This document shows positions 16,365 through 24,177 of a DNA stretch of 26,354 nt, piece by piece. The stretch is from Nitrospirota bacterium. Its GTDB lineage: Bacteria > Nitrospirota > Thermodesulfovibrionia > Thermodesulfovibrionales > Dissulfurispiraceae. The translations under genes were made by a program, and so were the position numbers. Position 1 is the stretch's first letter. Each line of letters starts with the position of its first letter. The notes beneath the pieces were generated by a model, which saw only the letters and a program-made list of their open reading frames with translations, did no database searches and was not told where the DNA came from. Location of the stretch: assembly GCA_040754455.1 (NCBI GenBank), contig JBFMCP010000038.1, positions 1 to 26,354 on the forward strand, read 5' to 3'.

Positions 16365-17868
16365 CTTTTATACCCTCCATCTCCATCTTGATCTGGAACC
16401 GGTCCATGTTCTGCCGCGCATCCCTGAAGGTAGGTGACGCGAACTCGACCTTCCTGAAGTATTTGGAAGCCTCGAGCTTCGAAATGAGGGGCGTTGCCGA
16501 CGGCGCATAGCCCTCGATGTTGATCTGGGACTCGCTGATCCTGAGCCTCGTGAGCCAGGAATTGGTCGGGAGAATCACCGTAAGCTCCTTGAGCATATTG
16601 ATGAAGAGCGGCCGGTTATTCTTGAAATTCTCAACCGTGACGAGCTCGTCCTCCAATGCCGCTATCTCCGTCTTCAGCTTTTCCACATTCCTCACTTCGC
16701 CCTTTCTTGATGCTATCTGCCGATCGATCTCCATGAGTCGCTGGTTCTCAATGTTGAGGGGGATTACCAGATAGGTAGTGACAAGCGCAAGGAGCGCCAG
16801 TGCCAGTACGATCGTGAGCCAGAAGGGCGTCTTTGCCTTTTCCCTCACCCCTTTGCTGAGCAGATTAAAGCCCTTTGCGTCGGGCCAGAGGTGGTCCATG
16901 GCACCGCCGATCACCGCAGGAGCAACATCCTTGAAATCGGTTATGCCGCTTATTTTTTTATCCATCTCGTCGGCAATACCTATGGGGTACCTGCTCTTCT
17001 GGCGCACCATCTCCTTGAGCGTGGACGTCTTCCCCCTGAATGAAATATAGACTTTGGGAGAAGCGCCTTCGCCTTTCAACGGGGCGGCATGTGATGCTAT
17101 ATGGTTCTCGATAACCGCTACCCGGTGATGGTCGTCGTCCTGGGTAAAACCGTTCGAAAATACCGCGGATAACGCTCCGTTGTCGACGACTCCGCCGCTG
17201 ACGCCCTCCTCATTGACGGTCATGAAGACGAACCCGTTACTTCCGGTCATGTAGCGGTACAGTGCCGATATCCCCGACAGGTCGAACGTAATGCCTTTGA
17301 CGCTGATGCCGCTCTCCCTCAGCGCAGCGAGGTAGGGATTCATGAGGTCCGCCTTCACTGCAGCAATGAGCAGCGACAGACGCTCCTTTTCCTCCCTGAG
17401 CACCAGATAATCGTAAAACGCTTCTGCCGCGCTGAAAGGGGTAAAACGGTCAAGCTCATAAGAGATGACCTCTGGGAGGTTCGCAGCTGCAGCCGAGGGG
17501 AGTTCGGCGGCCTTTACGACCACCCAGGGCTTCGGGATAGTGAGCACAACGTCGGTCTTTCTGATACCCAGATCCTTGAAGGCGAGCGCAGCGGTGGATG
17601 CAACCTCCTCGGGTTTGGGATAATGTCCTTCGGCGAATTTATAGCGCTTGTATCCTTTTATTTTGTAGTGGGAGAGGGCACGGGAGGCATGGACCGCCGC
17701 AATGGTACCCTTCTCTATCGTTATGCACAGGCATGATGCGGGAGCGACCGCCTCATGGGCAGGGTTGAAGGTCAATGCCTTCCAGACCGGGGCTCCCAGG
17801 GTCTTCAGCCGTGCCGTCACCGTAGAGGCAACCGATGTCACCCTCTCAATTACTGCTGAGCTTTCCAT
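16351..17868 (-). CDS. gspL: Type II secretion protein GspL (actin-like domain, TM, PilN domain)
   Basis: YELDRFTPF...YDY; NLL motif before TM; LKELTVILPTNSWLTRL...IEGYA...LEASKYF PilN domain. Confidence 0.85.
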   Translation of the reverse strand: MESSAVIERVTSVASTVTARLKTLGAPVWKALTFNPAHEAVAPASCLCITIEKGTIAAVHASRALSHYKIKGYKRYKFAEGHYPKPEEVASTAALAFKDLGIRKTDVVLTIPKPWVVVKAAELPSAAAANLPEVISYELDRFTPFSAAEAFYDYLVLREEKERLSLLIAAVKADLMNPYLAALRESGISVKGITFDLSGISALYRYMTGSNGFVFMTVNEEGVSGGVVDNGALSAVFSNGFTQDDDHHRVAVIENHIASHAAPLKGEGASPKVYISFRGKTSTLKEMVRQKSRYPIGIADEMDKKISGITDFKDVAPAVIGGAMDHLWPDAKGFNLLSKGVREKAKTPFWLTIVLALALLALVTTYLVIPLNIENQRLMEIDRQIASRKGEVRNVEKLKTEIAALEDELVTVENFKNNRPLFINMLKELTVILPTNSWLTRLRISESQINIEGYAPSATPLISKLEASKYFRKVEFASPTFRDARQNMDRFQIKMEMEGIKDEKK

Positions 17869-18806
17869 GGTCGTATTTCCTCGGGATTCTTGTAATAAAT
17901 GTATTTATACTTGTTGCCTTCGAGAGTCACTATCGCCCTGATGGCATAACCCGCATTATTCCGGGCCTTCTTCCCCTCTGCCTCGATGGTATAGGCACTG
18001 TTTCCGTCCTCTGTCATAAGGTAGCGGGAGAAATTCGCGGCATCTACTTCATTAAGAGCTTTTATCTCCTTTGTCTTCCGGTATTCAATTATTATATCAG
18101 CAATATCGGCGGTTATACCAGGAACCGCCATGAGGACCTCTTTCGGTGCCGCATTGACATTGATCTGGCCGCTCCCTGAATAGACCGTAATGAAATCGGC
18201 AAGCCCCCTCTTCTCGCCATCGCCGTAAAGTATCTCCTTCGTAAAGCCTTTGACGAGCAGAAGCTCATCGATGGTATCGAAATCGGCGTTCTTCGGCTTG
18301 TACGGGTTAGGCAGGGACATATAGTAGGCGTCTTCCGCACCGTTCAGGCGAACAAGGTCATCGGCATCCCTCCAGTCCATCATTGCATCGACGAGTGCTG
18401 CCGGCTCCTCATCGTCCTTTCCCTTGATGCCGAGAGTGGTGAGCAGGTTGATCAGGATGTCCGTAGTGGCCTTATTCAAATCCACCTTGCCTGATTCGCT
18501 GAGGAGCCTTGCGCGGTACTCACCGGTGCCTGTTTCCGCATAATAATAGGTGCCGTCGACCTTCCACGGCTCGGTCCCCTCGAGGACAACGTCCGGCGAG
18601 GGATTCTGCTTCCTGTAGAGCAGCTCCATAATTCCGCGCTCAATGCCCGCCTCGGCAATGAATTTGCTTTCAACTCCCTCCTTGAACGACAACGTCGCAT
18701 AGGTATCAGTCCTCGTCATGGCAGAAAAAGCGAACACCACCACCATGAGGATGGTCAGGATCCACATCACCATGATAAGGACGATACCGTTTTGATTATG
18801 CGCCAC
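17850..18806 (-). CDS. gspK: Minor pseudopilin GspK
   Basis: G|IVLIMVMW leader; AEAGIE; ESGKVDLN; DWRDADD; ELLLVKG; INVNAAPKEVL. Confidence 0.93.
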   Translation of the reverse strand: MAHNQNGIVLIMVMWILTILMVVVFAFSAMTRTDTYATLSFKEGVESKFIAEAGIERGIMELLYRKQNPSPDVVLEGTEPWKVDGTYYYAETGTGEYRARLLSESGKVDLNKATTDILINLLTTLGIKGKDDEEPAALVDAMMDWRDADDLVRLNGAEDAYYMSLPNPYKPKNADFDTIDELLLVKGFTKEILYGDGEKRGLADFITVYSGSGQINVNAAPKEVLMAVPGITADIADIIIEYRKTKEIKALNEVDAANFSRYLMTEDGNSAYTIEAEGKKARNNAGYAIRAIVTLEGNKYKYIYYKNPEEIRPWKAQQ

Positions 18807-18820
18807 TACTCATCCTTATT

Positions 18821-18898
18821 CAAAATGCAAAAAGCAAAATGAAAAAATAAAAATTAAGATATTCCTTATTTTTGCATTTTTAAATTTTAATTTTTATG
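18821..18898. repeat. AT-rich heptanucleotide-periodic inverted repeat between gspJ and gspK
   Basis: CAAAATG CAAAAAG CAAAATG AAAAAAT AAAAATT ... TTTGCAT TTTTAAA TTTTAAT TTTTATG. Confidence 0.7.
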
Positions 18899-19522
18899 TT
18901 ACCCTTCCGTCGGAAATGCCGTCTTGTTTTCGAGCACGTTTCTGATCCTCATCGGTATGATGAGCGACAGATTGGATTTGCCCTTCTCTACAATGAGCCG
19001 CACCTTTTCGGGAACGTTCTCCCCGTCGGTCCATTCCTCGACCCACTCGCCCTGTTCATCGGTCGGCCCTTTGTAGAAGTATTCAAAGGCGATCTCCTTT
19101 GCATCATCGATAAGCTTTGTCTCCCGCGTGGTGCCGGTTGTCGCGTGTACCTCTGAAGCATACAGCACCTTTTTCCCGTTTTCCTCGGCAACGCGATAGC
19201 TCACCATCACATACCCCGCCCCTTCTCCCCAGAGCGAAAAATGAGAGGGGAAAGATAGCTGGTAATGTCCTCCGGTAAATTCGGTTTTGGTGGCCGCGGA
19301 GTCGGCCTCCGACTTTTTCAATATGAATGCCGATTGTATCTGGGAGTCGATGATGTTCACCGAGGTCCTCGTTCGCTCCAGCGCCATGATCTTCCGCTCT
19401 CCCGCATCAACGGAGCGAAAGCCGAGGCTCATAGCGCCGGTAGTTATGATGATAATGATCCCGATTACCGTAATCGAGATCATAAGCTCGATGAGGGTGA
19501 ATCCTGCGTCCTTTATGTTCAT
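18899..19522 (-). CDS. gspJ: Minor pseudopilin GspJ
   Basis: G|FTLIE N-methylation site; C-terminal WVEEW...PEKVRL; gene order H-I-J-K. Confidence 0.88.
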   Translation of the reverse strand: MNIKDAGFTLIELMISITVIGIIIIITTGAMSLGFRSVDAGERKIMALERTRTSVNIIDSQIQSAFILKKSEADSAATKTEFTGGHYQLSFPSHFSLWGEGAGYVMVSYRVAEENGKKVLYASEVHATTGTTRETKLIDDAKEIAFEYFYKGPTDEQGEWVEEWTDGENVPEKVRLIVEKGKSNLSLIIPMRIRNVLENKTAFPTEG

Positions 19523-19983
19523 ACCTTCTTTTCGATCAGCTTCATCGTATGCAATGATAAAGAGCGGTCCTTTATCCCCTTTTTCCAGCGAACGGTAAGG
19601 GTGACATCGAGGAGCTCCACATTCAGTTTTTCCGTCCTGTCTTCGAGGTCCTTCTTTACCGCGACATCAACAGCATACCCGTCCTCTGTCTGGAAATTCC
19701 ATACCTGCTCCTTCAGCTCAGGGTCGTCCAGCACCTCTCTCATGAGCGCCTCTGCCTTGATCGTTGCAGCCACGTAGTCCTCGGATGCCGTAATCGACCG
19801 CATGTCCGCAGAAAAGAGCTGCATGATCATAACCAGAGCCATGGCGAGGATCGAGAGGGCGACCAGCACCTCCAGGAGAGTAAAACCGGATTCCTGTTCT
19901 ACTCTCCTGAAGGAATTTAAAGTTAAAAGATCAAAAGGTAAAATCGCGGAAGCTTCCCTCTTTTTGAATTTTTCTTTTTGCAT
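19519..19983 (-). CDS. gspI: Minor pseudopilin GspI
   Basis: G|FTLLEVLVAL; short domain ending VTLTVRW; long 33-aa leader. Confidence 0.88.
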   Translation of the reverse strand: MQKEKFKKREASAILPFDLLTLNSFRRVEQESGFTLLEVLVALSILAMALVMIMQLFSADMRSITASEDYVAATIKAEALMREVLDDPELKEQVWNFQTEDGYAVDVAVKKDLEDRTEKLNVELLDVTLTVRWKKGIKDRSLSLHTMKLIEKKV

Positions 19984-19990
19984 CTTGATT

Positions 19991-20470
19991 TTATTTTATG
20001 GTTACCGCCCCGATGATCGGGTCCATTTCGATACGTACCGTTCTTTTTTTCGTTGACAATACAATAGTGCTTGTCTCTGAGGTGCCGATCGCCTGAAAGA
20101 CAAAGCGACGGTGTCCCTGGACGACCTCACCGTAAAAGGGATCCTCTATCTTCACGGTCACCTCATCGGGCAACCTTTTTTCGCCGCGTCCCTCTATGCC
20201 GTATGTCCGCTCATCGAGATTCAGGGTAAAGGTCTGCCTGCCGCCGTTGATGGCCGCCAGCGACCGGGCGTACCTGATGGTCGCCGACATGTCCCGTGCA
20301 ACGGAATTGAGCCTGCTCGAAGGGAGCGCATTGACGAAGAGCACCGTGGAGAGCCCGATAATGAGCGTGACGAGAAACAGCACGAGGATCAGCTCAAGAA
20401 GCGTAAAACCGGCATCCCTCCGGGAACTGTAAATTGTAAATTGTAGATTTAAAATTGATGTTTCCCCCAT
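19991..20470 (-). CDS. gspH: Minor pseudopilin GspH
   Basis: G|FTLLELILVL; IRYARSLA GspH/FimT motif; start ATG 20470 or TTG 20485. Confidence 0.88.
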   Translation of the reverse strand: MGETSILNLQFTIYSSRRDAGFTLLELILVLFLVTLIIGLSTVLFVNALPSSRLNSVARDMSATIRYARSLAAINGGRQTFTLNLDERTYGIEGRGEKRLPDEVTVKIEDPFYGEVVQGHRRFVFQAIGTSETSTIVLSTKKRTVRIEMDPIIGAVTIK

Positions 20471-20493
20471 TTCCTCACTTCTCAATTTTCGAT

Positions 20494-21687
20494 TTAGAAC
20501 GGCAGTTCGGTGATGCTGAAGATCGCGAGGAGCATCGAGAGGACGATAAAGGCGATAACCAGTCCCATGCCGAGAATCATTGCGGGCTCGATGAAGCTTA
20601 CGAACCGTTTGATCGCAACTTTCAGGCTCTTCTCATACGTGTTCGCCACTTTGATCAGCATAGTGTCGAGCTGGCCCGTCTCCTCGCCGACCTTGATCAT
20701 GGAGAGCGCAAGCTGCGGAAAAACATTGGCGTTCGCCAGAGGAACGGCGAGGCCCTTGCCTTCTTTGGCGCCTTTTGAGACATCATCGATTGCAGAGGCG
20801 ATGATCCGGTTGCTGATGACATCCCGCGCATTGTTCAGCGCCTGGAGCAGCGGCACGCCGCTCTGGAGCAGCGTTCCCAGCGTCCTCGTGAAGCGGGCGG
20901 TTTCGAGTTTCCTCACGACATCGCCCAGCAGCTTGAGCTTGAAAGCGTCCCATTTGAGCCGTCCGTCATCGGTCTTGATATATCTCTTCAAAAGAATCCA
21001 TCCCCCTATGACCGATGCCGCAACGATCCACCAATAGGCCTTGAGGGCATTGCTGAAGGTGAGGAGTATCTGTGTCGGGAGCGGCAATGAGCTGCCAAGC
21101 TCGGTGAAGATCGACGAGAATTTGGGGAGCACGAAGGTCAGCAAGACGATGATCGAGATGCCGCCGGTGATCATGAGGATCGTCGGGTAGATCATCGCGG
21201 AGAAGACGTGGTCCTTCAATTCTTTGGACGTCTCGAGGAACTCATGCAGCTTGTCGAGCACCACGTCGAGGACACCGCCAGCCTCGCCCGCCCGGATCAT
21301 ATTGATATAGAGCCGTGGAAAGACACTCGGATGTTTCTGCAGGGCGTCTGAAAAAGAACTGCCTTCCCTGATCGATTTGAGTACCGCCTGAACGATGCCC
21401 TTCATCTCCTTGCTCTCCGATATCTCGGAGATCATGTTGAGGCTCCGGTCAAGGGGCAGTCCTGCATTCAGAAGTGCTGAGAGCTCCGTGGTAAACGTAA
21501 GGAGGTCACCTTTCGATGACTTCAGGGAGAACCGCTTTGCTCCGCCTTCTTTCGGTGCGGTGACCTGTAGAGGGATGACGCCGGTATTTCGTAATCTCTC
21601 GACAGCGACCTTTTCATCAGCGGCCTCGATAACGCCCTCTACCAGCGCGCCTTCACGCGTGGTTGCCCGGTATGCAAAAATCGCCAC
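20494..21687 (-). CDS. gspF: Type II secretion inner-membrane platform protein GspF
   Basis: FTTELSALLNAGLPL, AGEAGGVL, AMIYP, FTRTLGTLLQSGVPLL, GEETGQL, EP motifs. Confidence 0.95.
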   Translation of the reverse strand: MAIFAYRATTREGALVEGVIEAADEKVAVERLRNTGVIPLQVTAPKEGGAKRFSLKSSKGDLLTFTTELSALLNAGLPLDRSLNMISEISESKEMKGIVQAVLKSIREGSSFSDALQKHPSVFPRLYINMIRAGEAGGVLDVVLDKLHEFLETSKELKDHVFSAMIYPTILMITGGISIIVLLTFVLPKFSSIFTELGSSLPLPTQILLTFSNALKAYWWIVAASVIGGWILLKRYIKTDDGRLKWDAFKLKLLGDVVRKLETARFTRTLGTLLQSGVPLLQALNNARDVISNRIIASAIDDVSKGAKEGKGLAVPLANANVFPQLALSMIKVGEETGQLDTMLIKVANTYEKSLKVAIKRFVSFIEPAMILGMGLVIAFIVLSMLLAIFSITELPF

Positions 21688-23226
21688 TTATATCTCCTGT
21701 GTTACCCTGAGCACTTCGCTCAGTGTGGTTATCCCCTCCCGGATGCGTTCAGCACCGTACTCGAGCAGGGTCCTCATGCCGTTGCGCCGCGCCAGCTCCT
21801 TGATCTGGTTCGAATCCACATCCTTGAGCAGGAGCCTGCGCATATCCTCATCGACGACCAGCAATTCGTACAACCCGCTTCTGCCGTAGTAGCCGGTAAA
21901 TGAGCACTGCTCACATCCCCGCCCCTTATAGAGCGTCGCGTCGCTGCCGATGCCGAGGAGCGACAGCTCCTCCCTGCCCTCCGGAGAACGGTCCACCTCT
22001 TTACACGCAGGGCAGATCACCCTCACCAGCCGCTGCGCGAGGATGCCCCTCACTGTGGAGGAGAGGAGGAATTTCTCAATACCCATATCGATAAGCCGTG
22101 TAATCGCGCTCGGCGCGTCATTCGTGTGGAGCGTCGAGAAGACGAGATGCCCTGTAAGGGCCGACTGTATTGCGATCTCCGCAGTGTCGAGGTCTCTGAT
22201 CTCACCGATCATGATGATGTCGGGGTCCTGCCTGACGATATGTCGCAGGGTATTGGCGAAGTTCAGCCCGATCTGCGGCTTCACCTGGATCTGGTTGATG
22301 CCCTTGAGCTGGTATTCGACCGGGTCCTCGACCGTGATGATCTTCTTGTCCGGCGAATTTATTTTGTCGAGCGCACCGTAGAGCGTCGTCGTCTTGCCGC
22401 TTCCTGTCGGCCCGGTGACCAGGATGATGCCATTGGGCCGCTTGATAAGCGAGCCGAACGTGGCAAGCGTCCGTTCATCGAAGCCGAGGAGGTCCAGGTC
22501 GATGACAATGCCCTCTTTGCGGAGTATTCTCATCACGATGCTCTCGCCGTGCAGCACCGGGATGGTGGAAACCCTGAGGTCGATCTCTTTGTCGCCGACT
22601 TTCAGCTTGATGCGGCCGTCCTGGGGCAGCCGCTTCTCGGCGATATTCAGCTTCGCCATGATCTTTATCCTCGATACGATGGCGGCCTGCAGTTTCTTGG
22701 GCACTGATTCGATATCCTGCAGGACACCGTCGATGCGGTAGCGGACCTTGAGCTCGTCTTCGAACGGCTCGATATGGATATCGCTCGCCCTGCTCTCGAC
22801 CGCCCTGGTGATCAGCATGTTCACCAGCTTTATGATCGGCGCTTCGGAAGCGAGGTCCTTCAGGTGGCCGATGTCCTCTTCCTCGTCTTTGAGAAACTCG
22901 ACGCCTTTTTCACCGATATCCTCGATGATGCGGTTGATGTTCTGCGCCTCCTGCTCGTAGAACTTGGCGATATATTCATCGATCGTTGCGCCCTCGGCTA
23001 GGCTCACCACCACCTCTGCGGAAAGGGCTATCCTGAGGGCATCGATGGCGTCGGAATCGGTATGCGCCATGGCGACCTTCAGGATATTGTTCTTGTACTC
23101 CAGCGGCACGATGCGATGCTCCTGCACGAACCGCGATGAAATGCCGTTCAGCACGAGCGGCACCTTCGGGAGATCATCAATGGTCAGTATTTTGGGATTA
23201 TTCAATGACGGGGTTTCGTACGACAT
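21688..23226 (-). CDS. gspE: Type II secretion ATPase GspE
   Basis: ASDIHIEP, RYRIDGVL, LPQDGR, Walker A GPTGSGKTT, RQDPDIIMIGEIRD, TGHLVFSTLHTND, tetracysteine motif. Confidence 0.96.
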   Translation of the reverse strand: MSYETPSLNNPKILTIDDLPKVPLVLNGISSRFVQEHRIVPLEYKNNILKVAMAHTDSDAIDALRIALSAEVVVSLAEGATIDEYIAKFYEQEAQNINRIIEDIGEKGVEFLKDEEEDIGHLKDLASEAPIIKLVNMLITRAVESRASDIHIEPFEDELKVRYRIDGVLQDIESVPKKLQAAIVSRIKIMAKLNIAEKRLPQDGRIKLKVGDKEIDLRVSTIPVLHGESIVMRILRKEGIVIDLDLLGFDERTLATFGSLIKRPNGIILVTGPTGSGKTTTLYGALDKINSPDKKIITVEDPVEYQLKGINQIQVKPQIGLNFANTLRHIVRQDPDIIMIGEIRDLDTAEIAIQSALTGHLVFSTLHTNDAPSAITRLIDMGIEKFLLSSTVRGILAQRLVRVICPACKEVDRSPEGREELSLLGIGSDATLYKGRGCEQCSFTGYYGRSGLYELLVVDEDMRRLLLKDVDSNQIKELARRNGMRTLLEYGAERIREGITTLSEVLRVTQEI

Positions 23227-23344
23227 TTGAGTACACCTTTACGAACCGGGTGAACGTTGAGAGCGCCTGCGTCCATTTCGATATCACCCTCCGGCCTTTT
23301 CGGACTCATACATCCGGCCGTGATTTGAATTCCTGTATCTCTTA

Positions 23345-23375
23345 TTGCAAATGGGATTTTTATGCCCATTTGCAA
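23345..23375. repeat. Perfect 11-bp inverted repeat in the gspE upstream region
   Basis: TTGCAAATGGG-N9-CCCATTTGCAA. Confidence 0.7.
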
Positions 23376-23422
23376 CTTCCCTATTATACTTCTCTTCATG
23401 CAAAAAAACCACTTAGTTAATA

Positions 23423-23450
23423 AGATTGCACATACATCTTTAAGTGTCAA
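23423..23450 (-). promoter_or_regulatory. sigma70-type promoter for the gspE operon
   Basis: TTGACA-N16-CAATCT on the minus strand. Confidence 0.55.
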
Positions 23451-23504
23451 GGATTAATTTGCAGTTGCTTGACCGTGACAAAGAGCTTTTCAGATTGTAT
23501 GAGT

Positions 23505-23533
23505 AAAGGGATTGCCCATTGGCAATCCCCTTT
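23505..23533 (-). terminator. Rho-independent terminator downstream of gspG
   Basis: GGGATTGCC-AATG-GGCAATCCC-TTT on the minus strand. Confidence 0.7.
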
Positions 23534-23583
23534 AGGTATCCGCAGCATTGAAGGATAAAACCACTAATAAAAATTGCGCACCG

Positions 23584-24015
23584 CTATTCCCAATTGACGA
23601 TGTCTTTATCCTCTCCTTCGCCGCCTTGTCTGCCGTCGCGTCCGTAAGAATACAGATCGTACTCGCCATGTTCGCCGGGGCTCTGATAGATGTACGGCCT
23701 TCCCCAGGGATCAACAGGCACTTCTTTTTTCTTCAGATAGGGGCCCTCCCACCTCTCTACGCCGGGGTTTGTTTGGAGCGCACTCAACCCCTGCTGGGTC
23801 GTCGGGTAATCACCTACATCAAGGCGGTACTGATCAAGTGCCTGTCCCAGAAGCTCGATCTGTGCCTTTGCCGCTGCTGCCTTTCCCTTTCCGAGCTTCG
23901 GAAAGAGACGCGGGGCGACCAGTGCCGCGAGGAGACCGATAATGACCATAACCACCAGCAGCTCGACGAGGGTGAAACCCTTCCTGTCCCTTAAAATTCT
24001 ATCTCTCATATTCAT
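23584..24015 (-). CDS. gspG: Major pseudopilin GspG
   Basis: G|FTLVELLVV; YRLDVGDYPTTQQGL; WEGPYL; DPWGRPYIY; SYGRDG...GEGEDKDI. Confidence 0.97.
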   Translation of the reverse strand: MNMRDRILRDRKGFTLVELLVVMVIIGLLAALVAPRLFPKLGKGKAAAAKAQIELLGQALDQYRLDVGDYPTTQQGLSALQTNPGVERWEGPYLKKKEVPVDPWGRPYIYQSPGEHGEYDLYSYGRDGRQGGEGEDKDIVNWE

Positions 24016-24067
24016 ATCATCACCTTGCCGTTGAATTTATCAAGCGCGCATGCGCACAAGCTCTTTT

Positions 24068-24096
24068 ATATTACAAGAAAACCGGTTTCTGTTCAA
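24068..24096 (-). promoter_or_regulatory. sigma70-type promoter for gspG
   Basis: TTGAAC-N17-TAATAT on the minus strand. Confidence 0.55.
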
Positions 24097-24119
24097 CGTA
24101 GAAGAAAGGCACAAAATTC

Positions 24120-24148
24120 TTGACACTCAAAGGTAAATACATTAATCT
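24120..24148 (+). promoter_or_regulatory. sigma70-type promoter for gspD
   Basis: TTGACA-N17-TAATCT, 30 nt before the TTG start with GGAGG RBS. Confidence 0.65.
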
Positions 24149-24177
24149 TATAAGAGGCTGAAACACGGAGGGCTTTT

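Noticed and set aside
18821..18898. CRISPR array or tRNA
   Set aside because: Only short degenerate 7-mers with no repeat-spacer structure; no cloverleaf seen anywhere in the window.
23202..23450. 82-aa ORF upstream of gspE as a missing GspE N-terminus
   Set aside because: Different frame, overlaps the promoter and hairpins, and has no MshEN-like motif.
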